Assembly (NCBI GenBank): GCA_024679065.1
Contig: JAGIQG010000014.1
Location: forward strand, 25,482,001 to 25,546,000
DNA: 64,000 bases
Reading direction: 5' to 3'
Origin: Sphyrna mokarran
Lineage: Eukaryota
Shown here piece by piece: positions 1 through 11,100 of this stretch. The notes under the pieces are model-generated. The model saw only the letters and a program-made list of their open reading frames with translations. It did no database searches and was not told the origin of the DNA. Position numbers and translations under genes: made by a program. How positions within the stretch are numbered: the stretch's first letter is position 1; every line of letters begins with the position of its first letter.

Positions 1-455
1 TTCATCTGCTTTGAAAGAAGATGTAGATTGATAGTCCTTACAGAGCTATAAGCTGGTTTAAACAAACAAGGTCAGGACATTAGGAAATAATTTGTGTAAA
101 GTTTAATGCCTGAATTGACTTTTGAGCTTGGATTTGGGGGAGTGATCTGGATTAATTCGGCAGATTGTTCAAACTGAATTAAGAAATCAGTAGATTTCTA
201 TGTTTGCCACAGATTGGCTGAGCAGCCTCTTGCATTATGAAATTTGTCTATGAAATTTGATATATCCTGGGTAAATTAAACTTACAAACATAGTATATAT
301 TTCAAAGCAAGAAAACATTTTATTATGTAATTTGAGAAAATCAAACACAACATTGTTGATAAATGTTCAATTAAATGAATGGTATCCTTGAAGTTCGCAT
401 AGTTAATCCATCTGTACCAGCTCTACCCCATTGGCTCTGTCTCAGTCCATCTGTA

Positions 456-687
456 AAAAGTCTCACAACACCAGGTTAAAGTCCAACAGGTTTATTTGGT
501 AGCAAAAGCCACCAGCTTTTGGAACGCTTCTTCCCTTTCATCAGGAGAGTCACCTGACAAAGGGGTAGCAAGCGCTCCAAAAGCTAGTGGATTTTGCTAC
601 CAGATAAACCTGTTGGACTTTAACCTGGTGGTTGTGAGGCTTCTTACTGTGTTTACCCCAGTCCAACGCCGGCATATCCATATCATT
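456..687. mobile_element. Penelope-like terminal-repeat remnant forming an inverted repeat
   Basis: ctcacaacaccaggttaaagtccaacaggtttatttggtagc is followed by its reverse complement. The same sequence flanks the Penelope-like element at 57300-58857, and a smaller hairpin is at about 25940-26045. Confidence 0.65.
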
Positions 688-784
688 CCATCTGTACCAG
701 CTTCACCCTATTGGCTCTGCCCCTGATCTGTCTGTACCAGCTCACCCCATTGGCTCTGCCCAACTCCATCTGTACCAGCTTGTC

Positions 785-1535
785 ATGCCCAATGTTTGGT
801 AGGAAGAATTAAAAATTGGTATATTCCTTAAATGAAGAGAAATTGCTATATAGGGGGATCTGGATGTTCCTAGTACATGAACAACAGAAAGTTAGCATGC
901 AGGTACAGCAAATGATTAAGAAAGCAAATGGATTGATTTAGTTTATCACAAGGAGAATGTAATATTAAAGGAGGGATGTTTTGCTCCAGTTGTATAAGGT
1001 GTTGTAAAACCGCATCTAGATTATGATGTACAGTTTCAATCTCCTTATTTAAGGAAGGACAAACTTGTACTAGAGACAATTCAGAGAAGGTTCACTTGAT
1101 TGACTCCCGGGATGGAGGAAGTTACCTTCAGAGGAAAGGTTGGAAAGGCTGGGGGTTGGAATTTAGAAGATTGAGGAGTGATCTTCCTGAAATATATAAT
1201 ATCCTGAAGAATCCCGATAGAGTGGATACTGGAAACATCATTCCTCTTGTTGGAGAGACTAGAACAATTGAAAATTAACAGCTCTCCCATTTAAGACAGG
1301 GACGAGGACATTTTTCTCTGAGTGTTGTGAGTATTTGGCACTCTCTTCCTCAAGAGTGGTGGAGGCAAGGTCATTGAATCTAGTCAAATCTGTGTTAGAT
1401 ATGTTTTTGATCTACAGTGGGGTCAAGGGTTATGGGGGATGATGAGGAATGTGGAGTTAGAGCCATAATTAGATCAGCAATGATCTTACTAAATGGCAGA
1501 GCAGGTTTGAGGGGCTAAATGGCCTAGAGCTCTAA
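785..1535 (+). mobile_element. Decayed CR1-like LINE 3' fragment
   Basis: Degenerate QRDLGV / RPHLEYC / QRRFTR / RRLRGDL-type sequence and a CR1 tail. Confidence 0.75.
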
Positions 1536-1909
1536 AACTTGTGTTGGGATTTATCTCCATCCCATTCCACCTGTACCAGTTCCATCCAGTTGACTCTCCC
1601 CCCAGTCCATCTGTAACAGGTTGATATCATTGACTTTGTTCCATATAAATTAATTCAAAAACATCCATAAGAACATCAAGGCATCCTCAATTACCACAGT
1701 AAAAAAGAAATACCTTATACCAAATATAGTCACCAATATTATTTTTAAAAATTCTTTGATGAGATGTAGACACGATTGGCAAATGCCAACATTTGTTGTC
1801 CGTCCTGAATTGCCATTTCAGAGTGCTGTTAAGAAACAACCACAGTTGCTGAGTTTGGAGTCACGCGTAGGCCAGACCAGGTGAGGGTGGCAGATTTCTT
1901 TCCTTAAAG

Positions 1910-2215
1910 TTTTTAAAGTTTAGTATCACAAGTAGGCTTACATTAACACCACAATGAAGTTACTGTGAAAATCCTCTAGTCACCACATTCCGGCACCCGT
2001 TTGGGTACACTAAGGGAAAATTCTGTATGGCCAACGCACTTAACCAACACATCTTTCAGACTGTAGGAGGAAACTGAAGCACCCAGATGAAACCCATACA
2101 GACACAGGGAGAATGTGCAGACTCCGCACACACAGTGACCCAAATTGGGAATCAAACTCAAGTCCCTGGTGCAGTGAGGCATCAATGCTAAACATTTGGA
2201 CACCATGCTGCTCAC
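1910..2215 (-). mobile_element. tRNA-derived SINE (HE1/V-SINE-like core) nested in an older repeat
   Basis: tRNA-like head, then the core gagtctgcacattctccctgtgtctgtatgggtttc...cctcctacagtc. Confidence 0.75.
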
Positions 2216-2592
2216 AATAAAGAAAGATGTGTTTGTATGACAATCGACAATGGCTTTTCATGGTCATCATTAGGTTCTTAATTCCATGTTTTTATTAAAT
2301 TCAAACCTCACCCTTTGCCGTGTCATTACCCCGGTCCGTGGATTACTGGCCAGTGACAATACCACTGCACCACTGCCTTATGATCCCCATTACACTCTGT
2401 AGAACCGATAATATTTGAAATGATTATAGGACATTGAAAAGGGAATCTTTTGGTGACCTTTAGATCATTGCTCCTCAAGGTTCTTTCTTAGTTATTGCTG
2501 GGGACGGGGGAGGGGGTGGGGGCGGTTGGATTCAGGTCATTTAGCAGCCAGAGTAAATCCTCCCACTTGGCTAAATATTTCCCATCACTTAC

Positions 2593-2937
2593 CTGGTTTC
2601 ACCTTCAGTGTGACTCCACAGCCACACCAGTCGTCAGCTTCCTTCTCGTTTTGACAAAAGTACCTGGCCGAATCCTCTGGTTTCACGTTGTCGATTTTTA
2701 AAGAGTATCTGCTCTCACCGGAAAAACGGGGCTCGATCCCCGGCATTCGGGTAAAACTGCTGGATCCCTCTCTCCAGGACACGAGCCACTTGACCTCGGT
2801 GGAGCCGGGAGGTACATAACCCCACTTGGTAAGGAGATTAGTCAGGCTGATTCCACACTGGAGTGTCACCGATTCTCCCTCCTGACTGAACACAGTGCTG
2901 GATGGTAGGTGTAGAGCCGTGTGGGAGAAAAGTGGGT
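2593..2937 (-). CDS. Gene B exon 2, V-set Ig domain with built-in J-like G strand
   Basis: Acceptor ttccatttcag|AC. Translation has EGESVTLQC (B-strand Cys), KWGY (C-strand Trp), RFSG, SLKIDNVKPEDSARYFC (F strand), then WCGCGVTLKV. 345 nt, phase 1-1. Confidence 0.92.
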
Positions 2938-3078
2938 CTGAAATGGAAAATAAAAGAGATGGGAATTGTTGAGGAGAATTCCAGCGAGGACAACGTGAAG
3001 ATGAAGACAATGTAGGGAGCTTGGCTCTTTACCCGTCTGGAGGACAATCAGAAAGAACGACCAAAACATCCTTTGCAT
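2593..3078 (-). CDS. IgSF gene B (5' part: leader + non-rearranging VJ-type V exon); paralogue of the + strand receptor, continues left of the window
   Basis: Leader exon 3033-3078 and V exon 2593-2937 are joined by a 95-nt GT-AG phase-1 intron. The V exon ends at a phase-1 donor (CCA G|gtaag). No downstream exon is recognisable in 1-2592. Confidence 0.85.
3033..3078 (-). CDS. Gene B exon 1, signal peptide MQRMFWSFFLIVLQT (an in-frame ATG at 3084 would add MK)
   Basis: Hydrophobic leader ending ACG G|gtaaag. Same length (46 nt) and phase as the gene A leader MQGMICSFLLLALQL. Confidence 0.85.
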
Positions 3079-4619
3079 TTTCATCTGGGTGGCTGCTTCC
3101 AGTACACGCCGAGGAGAAGGTCAAGTGCAGTTTTGTTCCCCAGCGGAGGATTTGGGTCATGTATTTCCTTCTTCTTTTATCAGCTTTGCGACTTAAAAGT
3201 TGCGAAGATTGCATCTAAATCTGCAGTCGACACTGGATAGAGACCTTCTGATCTCCACCCTTTCCCACAAATTGCTTTCTGGTGTCAGAAATATCACGTT
3301 AGCAGCAAGAAAACTGGAGACACTTGTTTTTGTCGACCTGGTCTTGTTAAAGTGAAAAGAGTAAATGTGGAGACTTAGTTCAACTACGTTGCAAGAGCAG
3401 GATAATGGGAAGACAAGTTGAGTTTGGCAAGTTCTCCAGAGAAAGAGTGACCCACACTTAAGTGAATTCTCAGGAAAGTACTGGTACTGTCTGCAAAAGA
3501 AGGTTATTTTTAACCTTCAGTAGTTTTGCCAAATTGGTGAAATTATTCATTTACAGAAGGGGAAAGATAACCAGTTTCTTGCAATACTGAGCCACTAATA
3601 GAATATGAGAATCAGTGTCTGAATATGTTCTGTAAGAAGTTTTCACATTTTTCAGTGTTAGATATTCCATGTTATTTCAAAACTTTCACCTGTGAATTAA
3701 CTTACTGGGTATCTGTTATAAATAAATTCTTTTGAGTGATTGCAGCAAATTGCTCCATAAGATATCAGACTAATACTTTTAAATATTTACTTTAAACATA
3801 TAGATTGCCACAATTGCATTAAGAAAGTATAACTTTGTTTATTTACCAAGAACATGATTCATGTTAGACTGGGTGTAATTTAACAACAACATTATATAGT
3901 TACCTTTAGCAGAATAAAGTGCTTCACAGGAGCAATATAAAATTAAATTTGACAGCAAGCTACCTAAGGCAATCTTAGGCCGCAAGGTAAAATGCTTGTC
4001 ACTGAGGTAACATTTAAGAATCATCGAGGAGGAGGAAATAAAGTCAAAGAGAATAGAGATTGGACAACTAAAAACATAGCTACCAAATGCAATGGAGTGA
4101 TTAAAATCAAGACGCCTGCATTAGATGAGTGCAAACACCATAAAGGTTTGTGAGTCTGGAGGAGATTACAGAGATACCACGGGGGATTTGAAAGCAAGGA
4201 CAAGAATTTTAAATTTAAATTGCTTGACCGCGAACCAATGTTAATCAGCAATTACAGGGGTGATAGGTGAATGGGATTTAGTGTGAGTTATGTCATGAGC
4301 AGTAGAATTTTGGATGATCTCAGATTTACAGAAGTCAGTTACACTCAGAATCATGGCACAATGTGTAATGGGGAGATTGTGCTCTCTCCTCAACTTGCAC
4401 TGGGCCCAGTGATTGTGTTGGTGCCTGTTAAGCAGGTCCACACCAATAGTTGGTGCTGATGGTAGAGAGTGCAAGGTTTTCCATGATCTGTGAGTGAGGG
4501 AGTGGTTTCTTTGGCAGGCTTGTGGGCGAGGCCCAGGAGGACACAGTCAAAAACATGGTGATGGAGCCACTGAGAGTGGCCCAGTAGGAAACTTGGGAAC
4601 CAGTACTAACTGCTATGGA

Positions 4620-6372
4620 TTTTTTTTTAGAGCAACACAGCACGGGAAACAGGCCCTTCGGCGCAACGAACCCGCGCCGCCGTCATAACTATATAGTAAC
4701 AATTCCATTATCCTATTCTAATTTTAGGTTATTCCTAATATGGAAGAGTCTCAATGTAGGGACAATTTGTTTCCCAATCAGCCTAAGAGCAAATTTTTGG
4801 GATGTGGGAGGAAACCGGAGCGCCCGGAGAAAACCCACGCAACCACGGGGAGAACGCACAAACTCCCGCAGACACCGGCCCAATTCCAAGTGTCTGCACA
4901 GCTACAGCGATAGTCACTGAGCTGTCATGGTGCCCTTCAGATGGTCCAGATAATGCACTCATTTACGACATGAAGCACCAGGCAACCCATGAATCAACAT
5001 CCAAGAGCTGTCCTCGCACCACCTGCCGAATGCATGCTCCTTGTTTGTCAAGTATGGACCGAATTACCTGTGAAAAAAAAAGCCATAGTTAAACAGTCCT
5101 ACTATATCCCTCTATCTGCATAACGCTCATGTGGCTGTCCAAGAGACCCTTAAACAGCCCTAGCGTGCCTGCTCCCACCACCTTACTCGGCAGTGCATTC
5201 CACACTCCCACTACCCTTTGTGTGAAAAACTGCCCTCTAATATTCGTCTTATACATAGCCCCCCTCACCCTAAGGCCCTGACCCCTTGTCCTATCCATTC
5301 CTGAAGGTGGAAAAAGTTTACCACCATTTACTCTATCTATACCCCTTATAATCTTATACACCTCTATGAGATCCCCTCTAAGCAGACGTCTTTCAAGGGA
5401 AAACAACCCCAGTCTATTTAATCGTTCCTCATAAGACAGTCCTTCCATACCAGGCAGCATCCTGGTAAACCTCCTCTGCACTCTCTCCAAGGACTCCACA
5501 TCCTTCCGATAGTACGGCGACCAGAACTGGACGCAGTATTCCAAGTGAGGCCTAACCAACGTTCTATACAATTGCAACATCAAACTCCTACTCTTGTATT
5601 CTATACCCTTTTCTATGAAAGCTAACATACTATACGCTTTCTTTATCACCTTCTCCACCTGTGAAGACACCTTCAGAGACTTGTGAACCTGCACCCCCAA
5701 GTCTCTCTGCGTCTCTATACTCCGAATAGTTTTACCTTTTATCCTATAACTCTCTTCTACATTTTTCCGGCCAAAATGCATCACCTCGCATTTATCCGGA
5801 TTAAATTCCATTTGCCATCTATCTGCCCAGTCTACCAACCTATCTATGTCCTGTTGTATTGCCTGGCACTGCTCCTCTGTACCCGCCAATCCAAGCATCT
5901 TAGTGTCATCAGCAAATTTGCTGATCTCACCACCTACCCCAACTTCCAAGTCGTTTATGTAGACCACAAATAGAAGAGGACCTAGTACTGAGCCTTGTAG
6001 CACTCCACTAGTGACAGGCTTCCAGTCGGAGAAAGAGCCTTCCACTACTACCCTCTGTCTCCTCCTCCTGAGCCAGTTCTCGACCCATCGACATACCTGG
6101 CCCTGTATCCCATGCGCCTTCACCTTCTTTATCAGTCTACCATGAGGAACCTTGTCAAACGCCTTACTGAAATCCATGTAGACGACATCAACAGCATGTC
6201 CTTCATCAACTGTTTTTGTCACTTCTTCAAAAAATTCCACTAGATTTGTAAGACAAGACTTCCCCTTGACGAAGCCATGCTGCGTATCCCTGATCAGATC
6301 GCAGCACTCCAGATGCTCATACATCCTGTCCCTGAGGATCCTCTCCATTAGCTTACCTATAACTGAAGTCAA
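4620..6372 (-). mobile_element. Young 5'-truncated CR1-like LINE (RT domain intact) with long 3' UTR
   Basis: ORF with QHGF, DFSKAFDKV, GSVLGPLLF, FADD and RPHLEYC. A-rich tail. Nearly identical to the copy at 15586-17415. Confidence 0.95.
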
Positions 6373-7569
6373 CTGAACTATAACTGAAGGATTGATGAAG
6401 ACAGAAGGGATAGCATGAAATACCCTGAGTTGAAGATGTCCCACAACATTGAAGATGCAATTTATGATTTAGATGGTAAACTCACTTGTGTCTCACTTGT
6501 TTCAGTGAATCAATTAACAAGCGTGCCACGGCTTGGGACACTTCAGCTTGGAGATAAGCTCCCAACATGTTGGAAATCTTTTTATATATTAACTTTTTTT
6601 GAGTACAGTAAAGAGTCGCTGAACTGGAAATTTAATGCATTTTTATTCTGCAATACATCTGGGAAGCTAGTTAAGCCTTATTTTCAGAATCTTTACCAGC
6701 ATGTTTAGTTACCTCCCATTGGTAAATTGCTTGCGTACATCGTCAAAAGCTTTTTTTTGTCTCTGTTCTTGTTACTCTTCAAAACTGTCCCATCTCCCCT
6801 TCCTCTTGAAGCTTACTACCAACTACTCACTACTAAGTTTCTGACTTCTAAGCTTTATTTCTCCAATATGATGATGAAAGAATGTTTCCTCTTGTGGGAG
6901 AGATTAAACATATTTAAAACATCAGGGGTCTTCCATTTTGAACCGGAATGAGAAGAAAAGCTTTCTTTCACTGGGCCATGAGTTCTTAGGTTCATAATGC
7001 CCTCAACTGCAATATCATTACCAAATGCTGTGTTCCTCGTTCAAATCACACCTTGTTTAAATCATTTCAGTCTAATGTCTACCTTATCTGCACTACCAAA
7101 TTACCAAGGACATTCTTTGTGATTATGCACATGACTCATTAAACCTTCTTGTCCGTATTGAAGTCCCCTAATTGTCTCCTATTCCTCATTTAGATGCTTC
7201 CTTTCAGTTAGATAACCTGCATGTGTTGGGACTAACTTCTACACGTATCCAAAAACACCACTACCTCTCTTCCACCACATTTAACTTCATTACCACTGCC
7301 GCAGCAGTTAGCTTTTTATCTGAAATTGTCAGGAATGTATCAGACCTTTTTCCAACTTGGCAAGACTTCACTTTTCTTTCCTTCAGTCCTGCACTGAATA
7401 TCAGTGTAGATATTTTTTGTGGAGTGGAGTGTGAGCCTGAAACATTCCAGCTCATTGGCAAGAGTTCAGCAGGTTAACAGTTCAAATTTTAAGTTTGTTT
7501 ATTAGTATTACAAGTAGGCTTACATTAACATTGCAATGAAGTTACTGTGAAATCTCCTTGTAGCCACAC

Positions 7570-7975
7570 TCCTGGAACACATTGCCACGGAGGACTGTGG
7601 AGGTCAGATCATTGAGTGTCTTTAAGACAGAGATAGATAGGTTCTTGATCAATAAGGGGATCGAGTATTATGGGGATAAGGATCATATCAATCATGATTG
7701 AATGGTGGAGCAGACTCCATATGCTAAATGGTCTAATTCTCTCTCTCAGAGGGTAATGAATCTGTGGAATTCCTTACCACAGAGGGACGTAGAGGCTGAG
7801 TCAGTAAGAATGTTCAAAGCAGAGATGGACAGATATTTAATCAGTAAGGGATTCAAGGATTATGGGGGATACGGTGGGGAAAATGGAGTTGAGGATTATC
7901 ATATCAAATCAGTCATGATCTAAATGAATAGCGAGCAAACTCGATGGGCTGAACGGTCCATTTTTGCCCCTGTAT
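7570..7975 (+). mobile_element. Two tandem CR1-like 3'-end fragments
   Basis: SQRVMNLWNSLPQ...FKAEMDRYL is a typical CR1 C-terminus; tails are repeated. Confidence 0.7.
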
Positions 7976-8103
7976 CGCGGAAAGCAGAACCATTCATGCT
8001 GATATAGCAGAAAGGAAATTCAAGAATCACCCTCCCTTGAGCCACAGAACGTCACTTGAATTTCCCAGTCGGGCTAAGCTGAACTGGGCAAACCAAGCTG
8101 GAA

Positions 8104-8149
8104 ATGCAGGGGATGATCTGCAGCTTTCTCCTGCTCGCCCTGCAGTTGG
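8104..8149 (+). CDS. Gene A exon 1, signal peptide MQGMICSFLLLALQL
   Basis: ATG at 8104, hydrophobic core, donor TTG G|gtaagc, 85-nt intron to the V exon. Confidence 0.88.
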
Positions 8150-11100
8150 GTAAGCAACAACCCTACTGCTCCCCCCAACAAAAATGTTTCTTTCCTCCAC
8201 TTGCTTGAATATTTCTGTCTGTCTTTCTTTACAGATGCGGTGTTATCTAACGCTAATTTGAGGATTGAGCAGACAATTGTGAACGGCCGAGAGGGAGAGA
8301 CGGTGAGACTGGGATGTACAAGCAGCAGGAAGGAAAATGATAGCCTGATGCGGTGGGGTTACGTACCCGCTAACTCTACAAAAATCAAATGGCTGGTGTT
8401 CTTGAGTCCGGGATCTACAAATTTCGCTCGAATGGAAGAGATCGAGAGCCGTTTCTCCGGAACCAACGAGAGCAACTTAACCTTAAAAATCGACGACTTG
8501 AAACAGACGGATTCAACCAAATATTACTGCCAGAGTGAGCTTGGCAAAAGCTGGTGCGGCTGTGGAATGATTCTGAAAGTGAAAGCAGGTAAGTGGAGAT
8601 TCATTAGGGGGAAATAATGATTGATCTCAAATGTTAACGCCACAACCGGAGAGGAGTTTCCCCGTGTGCTATCTGTAAGGCTGTGTCAACTCTCCCCAAA
8701 CAGCTAAGAGGGAATTTGGTTGATGAGTTCATCTATTCACTGTCAAGTACCTCGCAATATGGTAGCCCTCCCCCCGACTGACTGCAGAAACTTGCAACAG
8801 TTATAAACTGAATCACGGGATAGTTTATTGCTCAATCTTCGATGGTCTTAGGAAGCAATTGAAGCAATTCACTCTATAAGAGTCATCAGTTCTACACATC
8901 TAATCTTTATTGGATGCTGTATTGGTTCTGATGTGTTCTTGTTATTGTTGTAGCTTGGGTCTTTTCAACCAGCAACTTAGTTGTATGTTATGTGGGACAT
9001 ATTAGTGATCTATATCTGGGTATGCAGAAGACAATTTCATAGCTTATCGATGATACAAAACTCAGAAGTATTGCGAACTGTAAGGAGGACCATGTAGAAC
9101 TTTAAAAGGGTACAGACAAGTCGTTGGAGTGGGTAAATAGGTGGCAGATGAAGTTTAATGCAGAGAAGTGTCAAGTGATGCATTTTGGTAGAAAGAACTT
9201 GGGGAGACAAAAATAAATAAGGGATAAAATTCTAAAAGAGGTGCAGAGCAGAAGGATCTTTTTTATTATGCATTTGTGGAACTTAGTGGATGACCAGTAT
9301 TTATTGCTCATTCCTTGTTGCTCTTGGAGGGCAGTTGAGAATCAACTGCATTGCTGTGGCTCTGGAGTCACAAGTAGGCCTGACCAATGGCAGATTTTCT
9401 TCCCTAAAGGACATTAGTGAACCAGATAGGTTCTTTCAAGAATTGACAATGGTTTTATGGTCATTAATAGATTCTTAGTGCCAGTTTACTGTATTCAAAA
9501 TTCACCATCTGACATAGCAAGATTCGAATCAGGTCCCCAAAACATTAACTGAGTTTCTGGATTAATAGTCTAACAATAATACCACTAGGCTATCACCTCC
9601 CCAAAGACCTGGACCTTTCTGTGAAAAGATCATTGAAGATGGCAGGACAGTTGGAGAGAGCATTAATGAAACATATGGAATTCTGGGCTTTATTAATAAG
9701 AACATAAAATATAAGAGCAAAAAGATTATACTGAATTTATACAAGATATGATTTAGACCTCAACTAGAATATTGTGTATAGTTCTGTGCACCACATTACA
9801 GAAAGGATGGGAACACATTTGAGAGAGTGCAGAAGTGGTTTTATAACAATAGTTCTAGGGATGAAAAACCTCAGTTATAAGGATAGACTGGAGAAGTTGG
9901 GACTGTTCTCCCTTAGAGCAAAGACTAAGAGGATAATTGATAGAAATGTTAAAAATCATGAGAGGGTTGGGCAGAGTAGATATGGAGAAACTGTTGCCAT
10001 TTATAAAAAGGATCACAAACGAGACAGCACAGATTTAAAGAGATTTCAAAAAGAAAAAAATTTTTCATACAGCAAATGGTTTGAGTCTGGAATTCACTAC
10101 CTAGAATTGTGGTGGAGACAGGTTCATTGAACTTTAAGATGGCAATAGATGATTATTTGAATAGAAGTGATATGCAGGACTCAGGGAAAAAGCAGGGGAA
10201 TGGCATCAATTCACAATGCCTGTTTGGAGAGCCAGTACAGACACAAGGGGCCAAATGGTCTTCTGCCCCGTAACAATTTCCTCATTTTGTGAGGCAATGG
10301 TATAAAGCTCTTCCGGAGAGCATCCTGGGTTGAGCGTCCTCCTTGTGCACTAGAATTCAATGGTCAAATGTAGACATTAATACCAAGTCAGGTGTTATCA
10401 TCAAAAGTATCAACATCTGAAGTGTGCACACAAAAGTTACAAGAATTAAATAAACAAACCAATCAACAGAACGAGCACCAAATTAGACTTATTTTAGCCA
10501 CAGCTTTAAAATTAGGGTTAGAAAATATAAGGGCAAAATATAGCAAAGCCACTCAAACAATGATATAAGCTTGCACATTGTGAATGTTACAATAGCAGGA
10601 AATTCAGCTAACCAGTTGTTATCTTCTAATCTTAGCCATCATGCCAAAAGCACCTTCAGTTTATCTCTTGCATCCATCTCCTGAGAAAATGTCACAGCAA
10701 ATTATCAGCAAACTTCTTTGTGTGGTGAGCAATTTCTACCCAGAAGCTATCTCTGTCTCTTGGTACATTGGCAGCACCCAAATATCTACGGGGATTTCTA
10801 CTTCGGGCATACTGATGGAATCTGAAAACAGTTACACAACTATCAGTGAACTGGTAGTATCAACCTTTCAATGGGTCAGTGGACTTCGTTACACCTGTGT
10901 TGTTTCACATCAAGCCCTGTCTTCTCCCATCAGAAAAATGATCAGTATTAATGGTAAGTGAAACAAATAAGTTTATTTGAAATCTCTTACAAATTAATTA
11001 TCAACAGCTACCTTTTAAATTAAGAATGCAGAGATTAATACCAGTTAGAGAGCAAGATACTGTCAGGGGACTTATCTATTGCTTGGTTGGCATTTTGGTC

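Larger units (their letters stand above)
408..1630. repeat. Degenerate ~38-bp minisatellite (ccatctgtaccagct...cccattggctctg) interrupted by two insertions
   Basis: Units visible at about 408, 448, 688, 730, 766 and 1567-1620. Confidence 0.6.

Noticed and set aside
408-790. Repeat-spacer-like pattern reminiscent of CRISPR
   Set aside because: Eukaryotic context, degenerate tandem units without unique spacers, and no cas genes. It is a minisatellite.
2891-2897. Perfect RSS heptamer CACAGTG inside the gene B V exon
   Set aside because: It lies in framework 1, not at the V 3' end, and no ACAAAAACC-like nonamer follows at 12 or 23 bp. Chance match.
5089-6444. Long ORFs of 451 aa and 443 aa (also 15586-16917) as host genes
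   Set aside because: They are CR1-type reverse transcriptase fragments without ORF1 or the endonuclease domain.
8047-8056. CRE/TCR-decamer-like element (reverse strand AGTGACGTTC) and nearby GGAA motifs upstream of gene A
   Set aside because: Short imperfect matches with no clear counterpart at the same position in gene B. Not supportable without conservation data.
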